A stretch of DNA of 64,000 nt. Origin: Felis catus (lineage: Eukaryota). A program made the translations under genes and the position numbers. The stretch covers positions 78,246,001 to 78,310,000 of the forward strand of contig NC_058368.1 of the NCBI RefSeq assembly GCF_018350175.1, given 5' to 3'. This document shows positions 10,381 to 22,790 of the stretch, in pieces (within the stretch, counting starts at the first letter, position 1; each line of letters starts with the position of its first letter). Below the pieces are notes generated by a model. It worked only from the letters and a program-made list of their open reading frames with translations, was not told the origin of the DNA and did not search any database.

Positions 10381-13300
10381 AAACAATCCCAAACTAGGTC
10401 TAAGACGAACAGGAAAACAATTATAGCACATCAGATGAGAAATAAGGCAAAACAAGACTCTTACCATCCCTAAAGATGTATGAAGCACTCTGAGCAAATC
10501 TGCCACTAAGAAATAGATATAAAACAAGGCTGTCGGATTTGAGGGCATTTATAGCCAGGATTGGAAATAAGACATTAAAATATGAATCCTGGTCGTGACG
10601 TATGGAAGCAGCTGATGTTAATAGTATGGATGTGATTAATTGCTTAATAAATTTTAAGAATAAAAATTGTTGCAGCTCTCTACTTCAGGTTGACATGTAA
10701 TGTGCTAAATTGCTATGTCCTTCCCTAAAACCTAGATCATCAAATGCACAGCTTGCTTGTGCCTCGAGGTTACATTTTGGTTTGCCAGCTAATAAATAAG
10801 TTTTCTTTCTTCCCCACCTGGTTGGGGCTAGAGATGAGGGGAAACTAACCTTGACTGAGAGGACCTTTCGAGTCCTGCGTTGTGTTAATCCTAACCCAAG
10901 ACTTTGAAATTCAGATTAAAGCAATTTAAAAAACAGCCCCATTCCCTAAGGAATTCTACCTGCCATCATACTGGGAATGGAGAAGGGGGGGGGGGGGGCA
11001 TTAAGGTAGAAGAGGAGGGATTTGCAGCTTCATAAGCCTTCTCACTGCGACCCCTTGTGATAGACTGGGGAACTGACCTCTCTTTTGGTCCAGTTTATTC
11101 GTCTGTGTGTCCCGGACAGGTGCTCTCCCACAAGGGGGAGACTTGGTTAGAAAATCGATTTCTCTCTCAAGATCCTATATTCTGACGTGTATTCCTGGCC
11201 CTGGAATGGCAGTGTGATGGTTTGCATGCTGTAATAGGGCTGGCGATTTGTCTCAGTACCTAGCAGACTACCAGATCAAACCATCGACTCGTAGTTGGTC
11301 AAGTGACCAATATTTGTAAGTTGTTACCGCAACAAAGCCAAGTAAAATTCAGTGAGTGCAGGGAAGGACATCCTCAGCTTTCTAGCCTCATCTGAAACCG
11401 TCTCACCCTCCTCCTACATCAGACAGCTAACGTTCTACGTCCACACACACGCGATATCTATCCTGCTCATGTGGCCTTGAGCAAAGTCTTCCAAACTTCC
11501 ACTGCTTACAGAAACTCTCTTAAGACGCAGAGACAGGACTGCTTGGTCAGTGATGCCTTCCTAAACCCTAAGTGCCATTCCTTATGACCTGAGCAGATCA
11601 CTGACAGAAGAAAAAAAAAAAAGAAAAACAATACAAGATTAGAATTATCTGTTTGTGAATCTGTCTCCGCCATTAAGTTAAGAGCCCTCCATATTGGTTC
11701 GTATTTTTGCGATGCGTGATTATAACATTTCAAGGGGTAATCTTGGGACTATTGTATATCTAGATACCTCAAAAAGCCCAAATATTGTGACATTTTATCT
11801 TTTGCTTTTAATCTGTGTCCCCAAAGCACCTTGCACGGTGCCATTGGAAAATGGGTGTTTAATATATATTAGTAGATCTGACTTGAATAATGAGCTATGT
11901 TATAAAAGGGCTGTATTATATCAATAATTAAAATTTTAGTCAAATTCTGTGATAAGGAACAAGGCTTAATTCACCCTAGAAAGGGCACAAAGCTCTTGAT
12001 AATGACAAGATTAAAGGCCTATTAATATTTCAGAGAAAGTGTGATCATTAACATTTGTCTATTATGCCCTCCTATTTTTAGTGCTATGTCACCTCAGGAC
12101 TTAATACATTAACTATAAGAAATTCAATTTTACATTTATTTGATGTTTCCTGTTTGGTGCCCATTGGATATAAATAACAGCAAGTATGAAGTTCTGAAAG
12201 CTCTAAAATAATATATTTCCAGGGAGAACAAACAAGGATAAACTGTAGAGCATCTCTAAGTCACATAAAATGTGTCTGTACTTGACGGAAGAAATCTAGA
12301 GTTTAGCAACAATACTTAAAATACATTTAACAGAAAGAGTCAAGTAATGGAGAAAAAAATGTCTCTTAAAAATAAAAGTCTAAAATAGCGGTTATCGTGG
12401 TCAAAATGATAAGTGAAATCGTAAAAATAACGGATGTTAGAAGTGGGTTTTAACTAAGTCTCTAAAGCAGAGAATCCACTATCCGAATATACTTTCATCA
12501 AAAGTGTAGTGATAATTAGGTTATTAACCATGCATAGGATTGTCTTCACTATTGATATCTCCCTCTATAATTTCTGTTCACTTTATTTCCCCCAAAAGCT
12601 CCAATACACACTTCAAATGAAGACTCACATAAGCTTGTCGAGGAAAATAGTTATTGCTCAAGGGAAAAATACATGATTAAGCATTTCATTTTATCAAAAT
12701 CCTTCGTCGGTTTGATATTCCAACAACGAAGGTATTCATGAAATTGCAAGGCCAAAACTATGTGGTGCTTGGGATAGAGGTTTGTTCATACCTTGGTTCT
12801 CAGAAGGAATGTTATGTTTTACTCCATGCTTTCAGTGGAATCTCTATATAATACAGAGCATTCTTGGGCAGCAAGTTCATTATGCAATTAGAAACTGCAT
12901 AGTTACAAAATGCATTATTTGTCATTTCTAGCTTGAGAGAGCAAATACTCTGAAATATCGATGATACATCAGCGAGGTGTGCCCAGTCTTGGCCTTGCAC
13001 ATGTTATGGTGGGTTGCTGTGAAATATTAGCACAATCAAATGAGTAGTGCCCAGCACACTGGCTGAATTGCTAATGCAGTGGAAGACATTATCGTTATCT
13101 CTGTGTGTGGCCCAGCGCGAGGTGCTCTGTATCCGTCTTCCCTGACAAATTCCTTTATGTGGTTTCATTACTAGCTCCGCATTCAGGTGCCCATATGGCT
13201 GAAGAGAATCAGTGTGAAGATAGCCAAATTAGCCGGCCCAGGATAGAACATACAGGAATATATATATACAGGAACAGGCATATGTGTGAAAAAACATTAA

Positions 13301-13611
13301 ACTCATTGAAACATTAATATATAAATAGTTCATGTATGTATGGTGAGCTACAGAAAATTAAAATATAGGAGTAGTATTTAAACTATCTACTATTTTAGAT
13401 GCATTCTTGCTAGTTTGATATCACTGTAACATTACAGAGAAGGAAGAACCCTAAAAATAACCCCCCGTGATGCCTTGCTGACCAGTTTTCATATGACATG
13501 GCTCCATCCTTTTACGACCGTCCATCAGCGAAGGGCTGTGCTAATCCAAACGGAACTTCCCTTGATCCCCTAGTAACTGACGGAGTCTCACTGTTCAAGT
13601 GCAATGGCTGC

Positions 13612-13812
13612 AATAGCGTGGGGTTATGAAAAGGACTCAATGTGGAATCAGAAGACCCGCATGGAATTCGTCCTCCACTGCTATGTGGATCTTGGAGTAT
13701 ATGTATTCACATTGTCTGTGCCATTGGTCCCCATCTGTTAAATGCACGTCATAATAGGATGCATTAGGGTTGTAGAAAAGATTAGATGAGATTATACGTG
13801 TCAAACTCCTCA
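13612..13812 (+). mobile_element. MIR SINE
   Basis: ggaatcagaagacc...tccccatctgttaaatg...gggttgtagaaaagattagatgagattata. Confidence 0.75.
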
Positions 13813-14319
13813 GGACAGAAATGGCTATCGTTGCCACAGACTTTTTTGAAAATCCAATTTTGATGCCTATACCACATATGTGTATACAAATCTGCCCTTA
13901 AAATGAGAGGTACACGAACTTTTTAAATAAGTGAACCATTTACAAATTTCCTTCACCTCAGTGATTTATCAAGCTGTTCAAAGATACCAGTACGCGATTA
14001 GACCAGAGGTTTGAGAGCTTCTACAAGATGAAGTCAGAGAGAACTAAATAGTATTTAAATTGTCATCTTGAAATTTTGGCAGAGCAAAATACATTATGGG
14101 GAAAGTACAGTAGTTATTAAAAGGCAATTCTGGACGAATATTTTTCAGAAGAACTGCTTGATGCAGAATTATGGTTACTCTGTTTTTTATTAGAATAATC
14201 TTTCCTCATATATATTTACCCAAGTGTCCTTTTATCCAGAAGACAGTAATGTAGTTTTGTCTGAGAAAGTTTCCTTCAGCAACTACATTTAGTTAAAAAA
14301 ATTAAAAGTAACTATCACA

Positions 14320-14546
14320 GGGGTGTCTGGGTGACTCAGTCGGGTAAGCACCCAACTCTTGATGTCGGTTCAGGTCATGATCTCACAGTTCACGAGTTCA
14401 AGCCCCACATGGGGTTCCACGTGTCACAGTGTGGAGCCTGCTTGGGATTCTCTCTCTCCTCTTTCTCTGCCCCTCCCTTGCTCTTGCCCACAGAAACTTT
14501 CTGTCTCTCTCTCTCTCTCTCAAAATAAATAAGTAAACCATTTTTT
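14320..14546 (+). mobile_element. CAN-SINE
   Basis: TSD aaaagtaactatcacag vs aaaagtaattatcacag. Confidence 0.93.
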
Positions 14547-14834
14547 AAAAAGTAATTATCACAGATGCGGGGTCTCGAATGCTGTAGGAGAAGTTGCTGC
14601 TCAGAATTTTATTCGAATTTTTCTGATGAAACGGAAATTTAAAAATGCAAGTAGAAAAATTCGGTTAGTAAAATAATGTCTGGCCTGTTTAGCCCAAACC
14701 GAAGCTAAATTCGATTGGGCTTAAATGAGTGAGTACAATGAAAAGCATTGCGCAGAGGTGGAGACGCGGCGGTGAGGAGGAGGACGGAGGTCTTAGGGAG
14801 AAACAGCCCTGGGACCACGTGGTGCTGAGGGAGA

Positions 14835-15370
14835 GACCGAGGGGACTAATGAGGCATAGCCTCTGGGCGCATGGGGCCCCTTCCAGGCCCCCACGGGGGC
14901 CTGGGCAATGTGTCTACATGGTCCTCTGATTTTGAAAGTTTATAATCTTGAATTCTTTTTTTTTTTCTTTTGAAGACAGGTGTCTTGATTCGTTTAAGGT
15001 ACTGTAACAAAATAGCATGGCTGGATGGCTTAAAAAACAAACATTTATTGCTCGTAGTTCTGGAGGCAAGGAAGTCCCAGATCAAGGGGCCCTCTTCCTA
15101 ACTTCCTAACTGTGTCCTCACAGGGAGCAGAGAGAAAGAGAGAGAGCTCAGGTGTCTCTTCCTCTTTATGAAGACATTGATTCCATCACGAGGGTCTCAC
15201 CTTCCAGGACTAATCTAATCCCGATTACCTCCCGAAGGCTCCACCTTCAGATACCGTCATGCTGAGGATTATGGCCACGGCATGAATTTTGACTGATACA
15301 ACATTGAGCCCATGGGAAGGTTCTCCAAACTGTGTGAGCTCCAGGCCCCGCTGGCCTGCGTCCTCGCCAA
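14835..15370. mobile_element. MER53-like hAT DNA transposon relic, split by MLT1A
   Basis: Left part ctaatgaggcatagc...ggggccccttccaggccc. Right part ctccaaactgtgtgagctccaggcccc. Confidence 0.5.
14981..15317 (-). mobile_element. MLT1A-type MaLR solo LTR
   Basis: tgtcttgattcg...aacaaacatttattgctcgtagttctggagg...gattacctcccgaaggctccaccttcagatacc. Confidence 0.85.
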
Positions 15371-15879
15371 CAATCACTGTGGTACAACTAGGTGAGGGCT
15401 TTGTTGGAAAAGTCAGGAGAAGCGTGTGGGAAGAGAGTTATCCGAGTATTTGAACAATACGTTAGCTCATTCTGACAGTCAGTTGTGCCTGGTTTGACCC
15501 ATGAAGCAAATCTCTGGTTTTACCCTCTTCTAAGGGTATTTTTTGCAGGGAAAAGGACAGACGGTATGTAAGTGCTGAAGAAACAGTTCTCCCCATGCAG
15601 CCTCTGATCGTGCACTTGAGGTTATTTGTCCCCCAATCCCGAGCCTCTCTAGGATCAGCTGTGTGAGTCTGGCTGCTCCTTGGCTTTGGCCGCTTTTTAG
15701 TTTAAGATTAATGTTTCCTGTTCGTGCAACCTTAGTTACTAGCATACATCTGCTTTCCAGCTTGCAAATTTTTACCCTCTCCGTCTTGTCTCTCTTTCTC
15801 TCTCTCTTCTGGAGATTTATGCTTTTGAAAACTCCCAACAAGAATACCAACTGCATCTGGGGGGTAGCTTGGCATCCGG

Positions 15880-17030
15880 ATTCCAAAGTAGGCAGGGAGA
15901 AGAGAATCTAGAAAATAGCTACAAGAATTCTGAAAAACAAGCGGGCACAGAGAGCAAGATCTTAAAACATTTAATGCAGGGATAATCAAGAGACTGACAC
16001 AGTTAGAGAAGCTCGGGAAAACGGAAACAAATACCAGAAGGCATGAAGGAAAATAAGGGAAAACTTGGACATGTAAACATTTATAGACTATGAAAAGGCA
16101 ACCCCGCCATAAGCCAAGTGGAAACAAATTGCTTATAAGGAAGAAACACAAAAATCAGGTGTTATTATAAAATAGAATTACATAGATACAAACTTTAAAA
16201 GGTAAGATACCATCGTTACCCTCAAACTTTACTTGATAAAGTTTAAAATGCTTGACTTTCCATGTTGAAGACAGTGTGAGGCATACCCTGCCATATCCTG
16301 TCCCCGGAACGAGGAAGGCAGGAAAGTTAGCCCTCCAAAGTGTATACATTGTTTGTCCTTTGACCCAGCTACCCCCCTGGAGGATTTATCTTCTTAATTT
16401 ACTTGCGCATGAATGAAAATATACTCAAAGCATGAACAGTAATAAACTAAAGGTCTTTTAAGAGAATGCCAGTTACTTAATCTGTAGTACACCCATAAAT
16501 TCACATAGTCTGTGGCTATATTGTAAAGAATAATGTTATGGCACCTGGGTGGGTCAGTCAGTTGAGCATCTGACTCTTGATTTCGGCTCAGGTTGTGATC
16601 CCAGGGTCATGGGATTGAACTCCTTGATGGGCTCAGCGCTGAGTGTGGATTCAGCCTGCCTGAAGATTCGCTCTCCCCCTTTCCTCTGTCCCTCTCCCCC
16701 ACTTGAGCTCTCTCGCTCTCTCTCAAATTAAAAACAAATAAAAAAAAAGAATATAGTTGATTTTTACTTGCTAATAGGGAACTAGTTTCCAGACGTTGTT
16801 AACACAAAGACCGCAGGTTAGAACAGTGCGCAGTGCAAAGTCTTCTTTGCAGATTTGTGCATATATATGTATGAATAGATGGCATTGAGTGTTTCCAGAA
16901 GGAAATGTAATAAATTGTTATCTCTGTGGAAGGACATGAGGGTATAGAAAAGGGTTTTTATTTTATAAACCCTTGATCGGAAGCAATCACCATGTGAACA
17001 TCTTGCATTTATATTTAAAAGAAAAGCAAG
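15880..17030 (+). mobile_element. Old L1 (L1ME-like) ORF2 end/3'UTR fragments, split by a SINE
   Basis: A-rich decayed ORF2 (cctttgacccagctacccccctggaggatttatc) and L1ME-like 3'UTR. Confidence 0.6.
16540..16748 (+). mobile_element. Older CAN-SINE
   Basis: ggcacctgggtgggtcagtcagttgagcatctgactcttgatttcggctcagg. Confidence 0.9.
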
Positions 17031-17399
17031 CTAAAAAGAATCGGGTAACGCTTAAAATAAACAAAATTTGAGTTATGGCAAGAGAATGGTCAATATGTAA
17101 ATAAAATGAAACAGATACCTAAGAAGATATACATCAAGGGAGACAACACAACACGCGGGGAAGAGCTTTTCAATAAGGGGTAATAGAGTCAACTAAACAA
17201 AACACTAAGCTATTCATTAAAGCATAGAATAATTTGAAGGAAATAGAACTGAATCTTTAATAAATCTGTTGGGGGAGGATCTAATGATCTTCAAAGTAAT
17301 TAAAAAGGAAATCTCAAAGAAATTGTTCCATTTGATGAAATTGCCTGAATTTCAGTTCAAACACAAAGATCCGCAGGGAATGCCTTTGTCTGCCTCCTA

Positions 17400-17958
17400 T
17401 CATAGTTACCTAGCATTTGGGGACCACTGCTTTGGGGCAGGACTGCACCAACCTCAGCTGCAGGGGTGAGGGTGAGGGGGCCAACTGCCTTATAGGAGTC
17501 AAGGAAGCCTATTTACTCCCTGGTCATAGGGTTTGTTCAGGGAAAGTCCAGTAACCAAAGGGAAACTCTGAGATATGAAGGTGTGTTCACTCAGGTCTTC
17601 TGGGAAAGGGAAGCTTTCTCTTCTTCCCACGGAAGATACTAGGAGAGACGCTCTCTCTTCTTGAGACCTAGGTGATGTGAGAATTGAGGGCTGGAGGTGG
17701 TCAAGCCATTTTGCTGTGCGAGGTGGAGTGGCTGGGAGGGAGGCCATGTAGTGCTTGCAGGGAGAGCGTGAGACCCACGATGAGTGAGGCAGAGAACACA
17801 GTCAGGACAAAATATGACTCTGGGCATGTAACTTGAGTTGTTACATAAAGGCTCTCCTAATGCCAGATTTTGGTTACAAGCCCCGTTAATTAACTGTGTT
17901 GTTTAGAACAACTTGATTTGAGGTTTCCACCACTTGCAATGCAGAACATTGGGATACA
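17400..17958 (+). mobile_element. Old MLT1 (J/K-like) LTR
   Basis: ggtcttctgggaaag...agccattttg...ttgtttagaacaacttgatttgaggtttccaccacttgcaatgcagaacattgggataca. Confidence 0.6.
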
Positions 17959-17964
17959 TATTTA

Positions 17965-18167
17965 TTTTTTTTTAAGTTTATTCATTTATTTTGAGAGAGA
18001 GAGAGAACATGAGCAGGGGACGGGCAGAGAGAGTGGGAGAGAGAGAATCCCAAGGAGGCTCCGCACCACCAATGCGGAGCCCGACACAGGGCTCGAACCC
18101 ACGAACCGTGAGATCATGACCTGAGCCAAAGTTAGACGTTTCACTCACTGAGCCACCCAGGCGCCCC
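17965..18167 (-). mobile_element. CAN-SINE
   Basis: Perfect TSD gatacatattta (17953-17964, 18170-18181). Confidence 0.95.
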
Positions 18168-19091
18168 CTGATACATATTTAAATAGGCATTTTCTCAAGG
18201 CAGTGTTTTGGATTTCAGAGAGGGTTTTCGACTCATCCACGGCAGCCCTCCCTAAATATGAAAATCCACAATAATATTATGGGAAGTAATTCCTCACTTT
18301 ATAAATAATCCATAGTGGGACTCCTCTGAATACAATACACCCTAACGCACTTAAAATGGAAACTGATTTATAAACCATTTATATTCTTCTAACGTGAAAG
18401 TAATATCCTTCACTGCTTAGGATGTCACAATTTGTGAAGCCGTGTTATGTGTATTATCTCATTCAATCTAGGAAACCAAAAGGTTACAATGGCCAAGATC
18501 CTATGAGTATTTGCTTGGAAGAGGTGACATCCATCCCAATGCACCTGACGTTGGTATTGATTTACTCTGCAGTACTCATAATCATGCAAGTGCCATAAAT
18601 CCAGAATGATCGCCACTCACAAGTGACCTCCTATCTCCCAGAGCAAACCCACATTTTCTGTTTGATGGTCGCTTGTTCTGCAGCCCCATTAGCAAGTGGG
18701 GAGCTCACGGGCCGGTGGGGAGACAGACAGGTGTGAAACTACCCCATTTACTAAATACATGACATTTGGGCAAGTTCCTTGCATACTTTGAGTCTTGAAT
18801 TTATCACGTGAAAGTGGGAACAATAAACACCCACGTCAGAGTTCCAAGCACTCTTCCACATTCTTATTCTTCCTGTGACCAGTGTTACCCTCTTGCATTC
18901 TTCTTTCCTGCACATATGCCAATTTTCATGCCTTCTTCATCTGTAAGTTTCATCATTTCTTTCCCATGCATAAAATGTGTCAGTGCTTGCAGAATGAAGC
19001 CTGAACTCCACCCCAGGACTTCCACGATCATCCATGATGTGGCCTTGGGCCGCCTTCTCACTTTGAGTCACTTGGCCACGCCTTCCTGTCA

Positions 19092-19580
19092 TGTGCCCAG
19101 AACGGAGAGCGGCCCTAAACAGCCCGAATGTTCTCTCAGGAAGAGGAAACTTGAGTCAGGCTTCTTCCCACTCTGCTTACAGTACTTTAGAAAACTGGTG
19201 AATTCTCTGCCTGCTTCTTTGTGGTGTATGCTAATCTTTTTTAGAGCCTTGTGCGAGTTGGAGAACCCAAGACTGTCTTTCCCAAGGACCAGGAGTCATC
19301 CCTTTGAAGTGTAAACATCTCCCAGTTTTTACTGGAGGGTAGGAGCCTAACTTTGGTGGGTGCTTTGCTCCCAGTGGCAAAACCACCTCCTGTCACAAGG
19401 ACACAGGTTTACTTTTTCTTTGGGTGACACCCAATAGCAAACACAGGTGGCTATGTTCTCCCCTCATCTGTGGCTTACCAACCCCATGCCCCTTGTTTTC
19501 GTGGAGTGAAGTTCAGGCAGAGCCCTGGCCTTTCTCTCCTATTGCGATGACCTTGAATAAAGTCTCTTTTTGCTTGGACA
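19092..19580 (+). mobile_element. MER34-like ERV1 solo LTR
   Basis: cccaaggacc...ctttgaagtgtaaacatctcccag...ggagggtaggagcctaacttt. AATAAA at 19556-19561. Start approximate. Confidence 0.75.
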
Positions 19581-19910
19581 ACCCCCAAAGGCACCCTGTG
19601 GCGGGTTCATGGCCGCCTGAGCTCTTGTCCTCTCAACCTAAAACAACTTCCTGACCTTACCCACAGCGCTTTATGTATCTTATGTCAAAGGATTTACCAT
19701 GTGGTAAACTGGGCTTGCTTCAACCCGCTGGCCACTTGAACTAGAAACCTCTTGAAGAAAGAAACTGTTTCATTCGAATGCTTGTTCTTACAGGTTAATC
19801 CAGTATTAGGTGCTCAGTGCACCCTCAAGAAATGGCTTGGTATCTATCAGGCAGAATAAACAACCTTTCCTCTCACCAAACAGACTCTTAGCCTCTTATT
19901 TTATTGAACC

Positions 19911-20128
19911 TTTTTTTTTTTTTGAAGTTTATTTATTCTGAGAGAGACAGAGAGAGTGTGAGTGGGGGAGGGGCAGAGAGCGGGAAAGAGAGGGAGAGAT
20001 TCCATGGCAGGCTCAGTGCTGTCAGCACAGAGCCCGATTCGGGGCTCAGACTCACGAAACCACGAGACCACGACCTGAGCCGAAATCAAGGGTCGGTCGC
20101 TCAATCGACTGCGCCACCCAGGCGGCCC
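19911..20128 (-). mobile_element. CAN-SINE
   Basis: Antisense body. Diverged TSD cttattttattgaacctt / cttatttttttgaatctt. Confidence 0.93.
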
Positions 20129-22099
20129 TTATTTTTTTGAATCTTAACAAGTAGGTCCGATCCAGAAAGGACGTTGGCAGTCAGAAAGAAAAACCGCGTA
20201 AGAAAATCAGAAACAAAATACTAGTCTTACTGCTCGGCACAGATAATGAGGGAATTAAAACCATAGACTCTTTCCTTCCGGGAAATAAACAACTCTGTGC
20301 AAAACAAGTGATGATCACACCAAAGGCAGTTACTTCTAAACCTTCAAAAGTATAGTTTCCTCCAACTAAATTGGAAACATCTCATTGATATTTCCATATA
20401 GGCTAAGGCTGTGATGCTTTTCCCAAGTGTATTTCAAACATTAACAAAGCAGATGTTGAAACATAATAGTTGTAAAATCAGTATGAAGAGGAAGAAAGAA
20501 AAAGAAGAGAGAGAAAAAAAGAATACTAAACATTTGCAGCCCCTATAATTTTCAGGGAACTGTTCCAAGCAATGTACTGTGGCCACAGGGAAGGCACAAG
20601 GACACTGAGGACCTAGGCACCGAGAGGCTGGGTAACATGTCCAGGTTCACTCAGCTCTGGAGCAGCCCCGCCGGGGTCAAGCCCAGACACCATGACCCCT
20701 GAGCCTGGGATAACGCTCAGTACATTATAATGAGGCAACATGTTCACGTATGGATAAATTCAGACATTGTAATCCGAACGGTACTGTTAACGTTAAACAC
20801 CATCACATATGCACTTACACTTATGTAATGAGCTTCATAGAAAATAATCACTAACTTTGCTGACAACCCAAGACGTTGAGGAGAGGATTGTGTAAAACTC
20901 CTTTCCCTTTTAGTTTGCCTACCGTACCTCGCCTAAGGAGCATAGATGGCAAAGAAAAGCAAAAGCAGACCATAGATAAATTAAGCTAAAGTTATTAGCG
21001 CCTCGGTTTCATGCACCCTAAAACCTCTCGAAACTGAACAAATCTGGATGAACATTCTTTTTCTATGCAAACCACCTGCAGTTTTTCTCGAAAGTGCTTT
21101 CAGATCAGCCAAAACAGTTTTTCCCTCCAACTGAATATAAGTGCATAGAATATTAACAGCAAAAGAAGTCATGGTTTCCCAAGAAAAAGGGCAATTCTCC
21201 TTGTACAGACTTCGTTCCAGTTCGAGAATGATGAAATCCTCATAGGAAATAATTGTGCTCCTGTTGGGTGCCCTGGCATCTCAAATTGGTTTTCACCTTG
21301 ATATTAAATTACTAAGAGGCCCCACTGGTCACTGTTGGTTAATGAGCCAGCGAGGGAATTGGCGATCGAAAAGTATTTTCTGACAATAAGCAAAGATACT
21401 CACTGGGAGTTTTAATAACAAGTGCCAGGGAAGCTCAATGAGAAAATAGTGACATTAACTGCAATTTTAGTATTTTTTAAGAGGTAGATAGCAAAGTAGA
21501 TTAGACGAAAATAAATTGATACTATTCTAGAAACTTCACATGGATATTAGTCATGACCTTTAGAAGACATATTGGTTTTATCCATTTTGGAATAAGGGTA
21601 GCTAAGAACTTTTAGCTTAAGTAGCTAAAAGTTAAACTGAACTATATCCAACCACTTAAAACTCTTGACTTGAGGCACATACTGGTGGGTCCAAGCTCAC
21701 ACGACCAGCCTCTTCCACGTCACCTGGAAATCACGCTTTCTGAGTGGAGAGCAGTGAATTTACTGTTCAGTAAATTGTCCCCTGGATAAATCCACTTCTA
21801 GATAAATACACTGAACTTTTTCCACAGCTATGTGTTAGACCGTGCTTTAAAGTTATGCTGACTTTGACAAGGGCCTTGTCGACCTCACAATGCTACACCT
21901 CATTTGCTAGATCGAATGGTTAGTGTTTTGTCCTTATGTGACCCAACTTTTCTCTGGCATTCGATACTATCTACTGTCCTCCTTTAAAGTTCTGTCTTCC
22001 AAGTCCATATCCACATAATTGTATATGTATATATGTATGTATGTGTGTATATATATCTATATGTGTGTGTATATGTATATTTGCGTCCAAATGTGTGTT

Positions 22100-22590
22100 C
22101 CTCTCTCAGCTTAACCACCTGTATGATGGAATTTTCTTCTCTTAACTCTTCTCTTTCCAGGTTGAGTTTGTGATGCTGCTGTCAACAGTCCATCCCTCAT
22201 TTCTTTTCTCTCCGCTGTCTAGTCTTCCCCAAGTCCTGTGGATTTTGCTTCGCCCACGTCACCGCCGTTCTGTCCCCTGCATCCTCATTGTCAAACGCTG
22301 CTTTGGCTCAGTCTCTAATTACATGCTTCCCAAAGGCCTCCAACACTATTCCCTATCATCCATCCATGCCGATACTGCTACCTAAATAAACCGAAAATGT
22401 TGCTCCGATCATGCTACTCTCCTGTGGAAAGTCTTCCGTAGCGTCCCATACCCTATATAATCAAATCTAAGTTCCTTCGTAAGACCTTTCAAGACATAAT
22501 ATTGCCCAGCTTTTAGTCTCCATCCACTTTCTTCTCCATCTGCAACTTATGCAGCAGCGATTCTGTGTTACTTGCAATTTTGCAAATTCA
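22100..22590 (+). mobile_element. L2 fragment
   Basis: Pyrimidine-rich L2 body: gatcatgctactctcctgtggaaagtcttccgtagcgtccc...atcaaatctaagttcct. Confidence 0.6.
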
Positions 22591-22591
22591 C

Positions 22592-22790
22592 CGTTATGGA
22601 CTGAATATTTGTGTACCCTTAAAATCTACATGTTGAAGCCCTTATCCCCAGCTTAATGGAATTTGGATCTGGGGCCTTTGGAAGGTAATTAGATTTGGGT
22701 GAGACCATGAGGGTGAAGTCCTCGAGATGGGATTAGGGCCTTTATAAGAAGACAAAGAGGCCTCAGAGCTTTCTCCTTCTCCTTGCACAC
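22592..22790 (+). mobile_element. MLT1A-type LTR, 5' half
   Basis: gttatggactgaatatttgtgtaccc...tgttgaagccct...ggggcctttggaaggtaattag. Confidence 0.85.

Noticed and set aside
18808..19314. 168-aa ORF
   Set aside because: Reads through MIR/L2-like and LTR sequence.
22125..22162. Strong splice-acceptor-like tract (also 43425-43453)
   Set aside because: No convincing downstream coding exon and donor. The first lies in pyrimidine-rich L2-like DNA.
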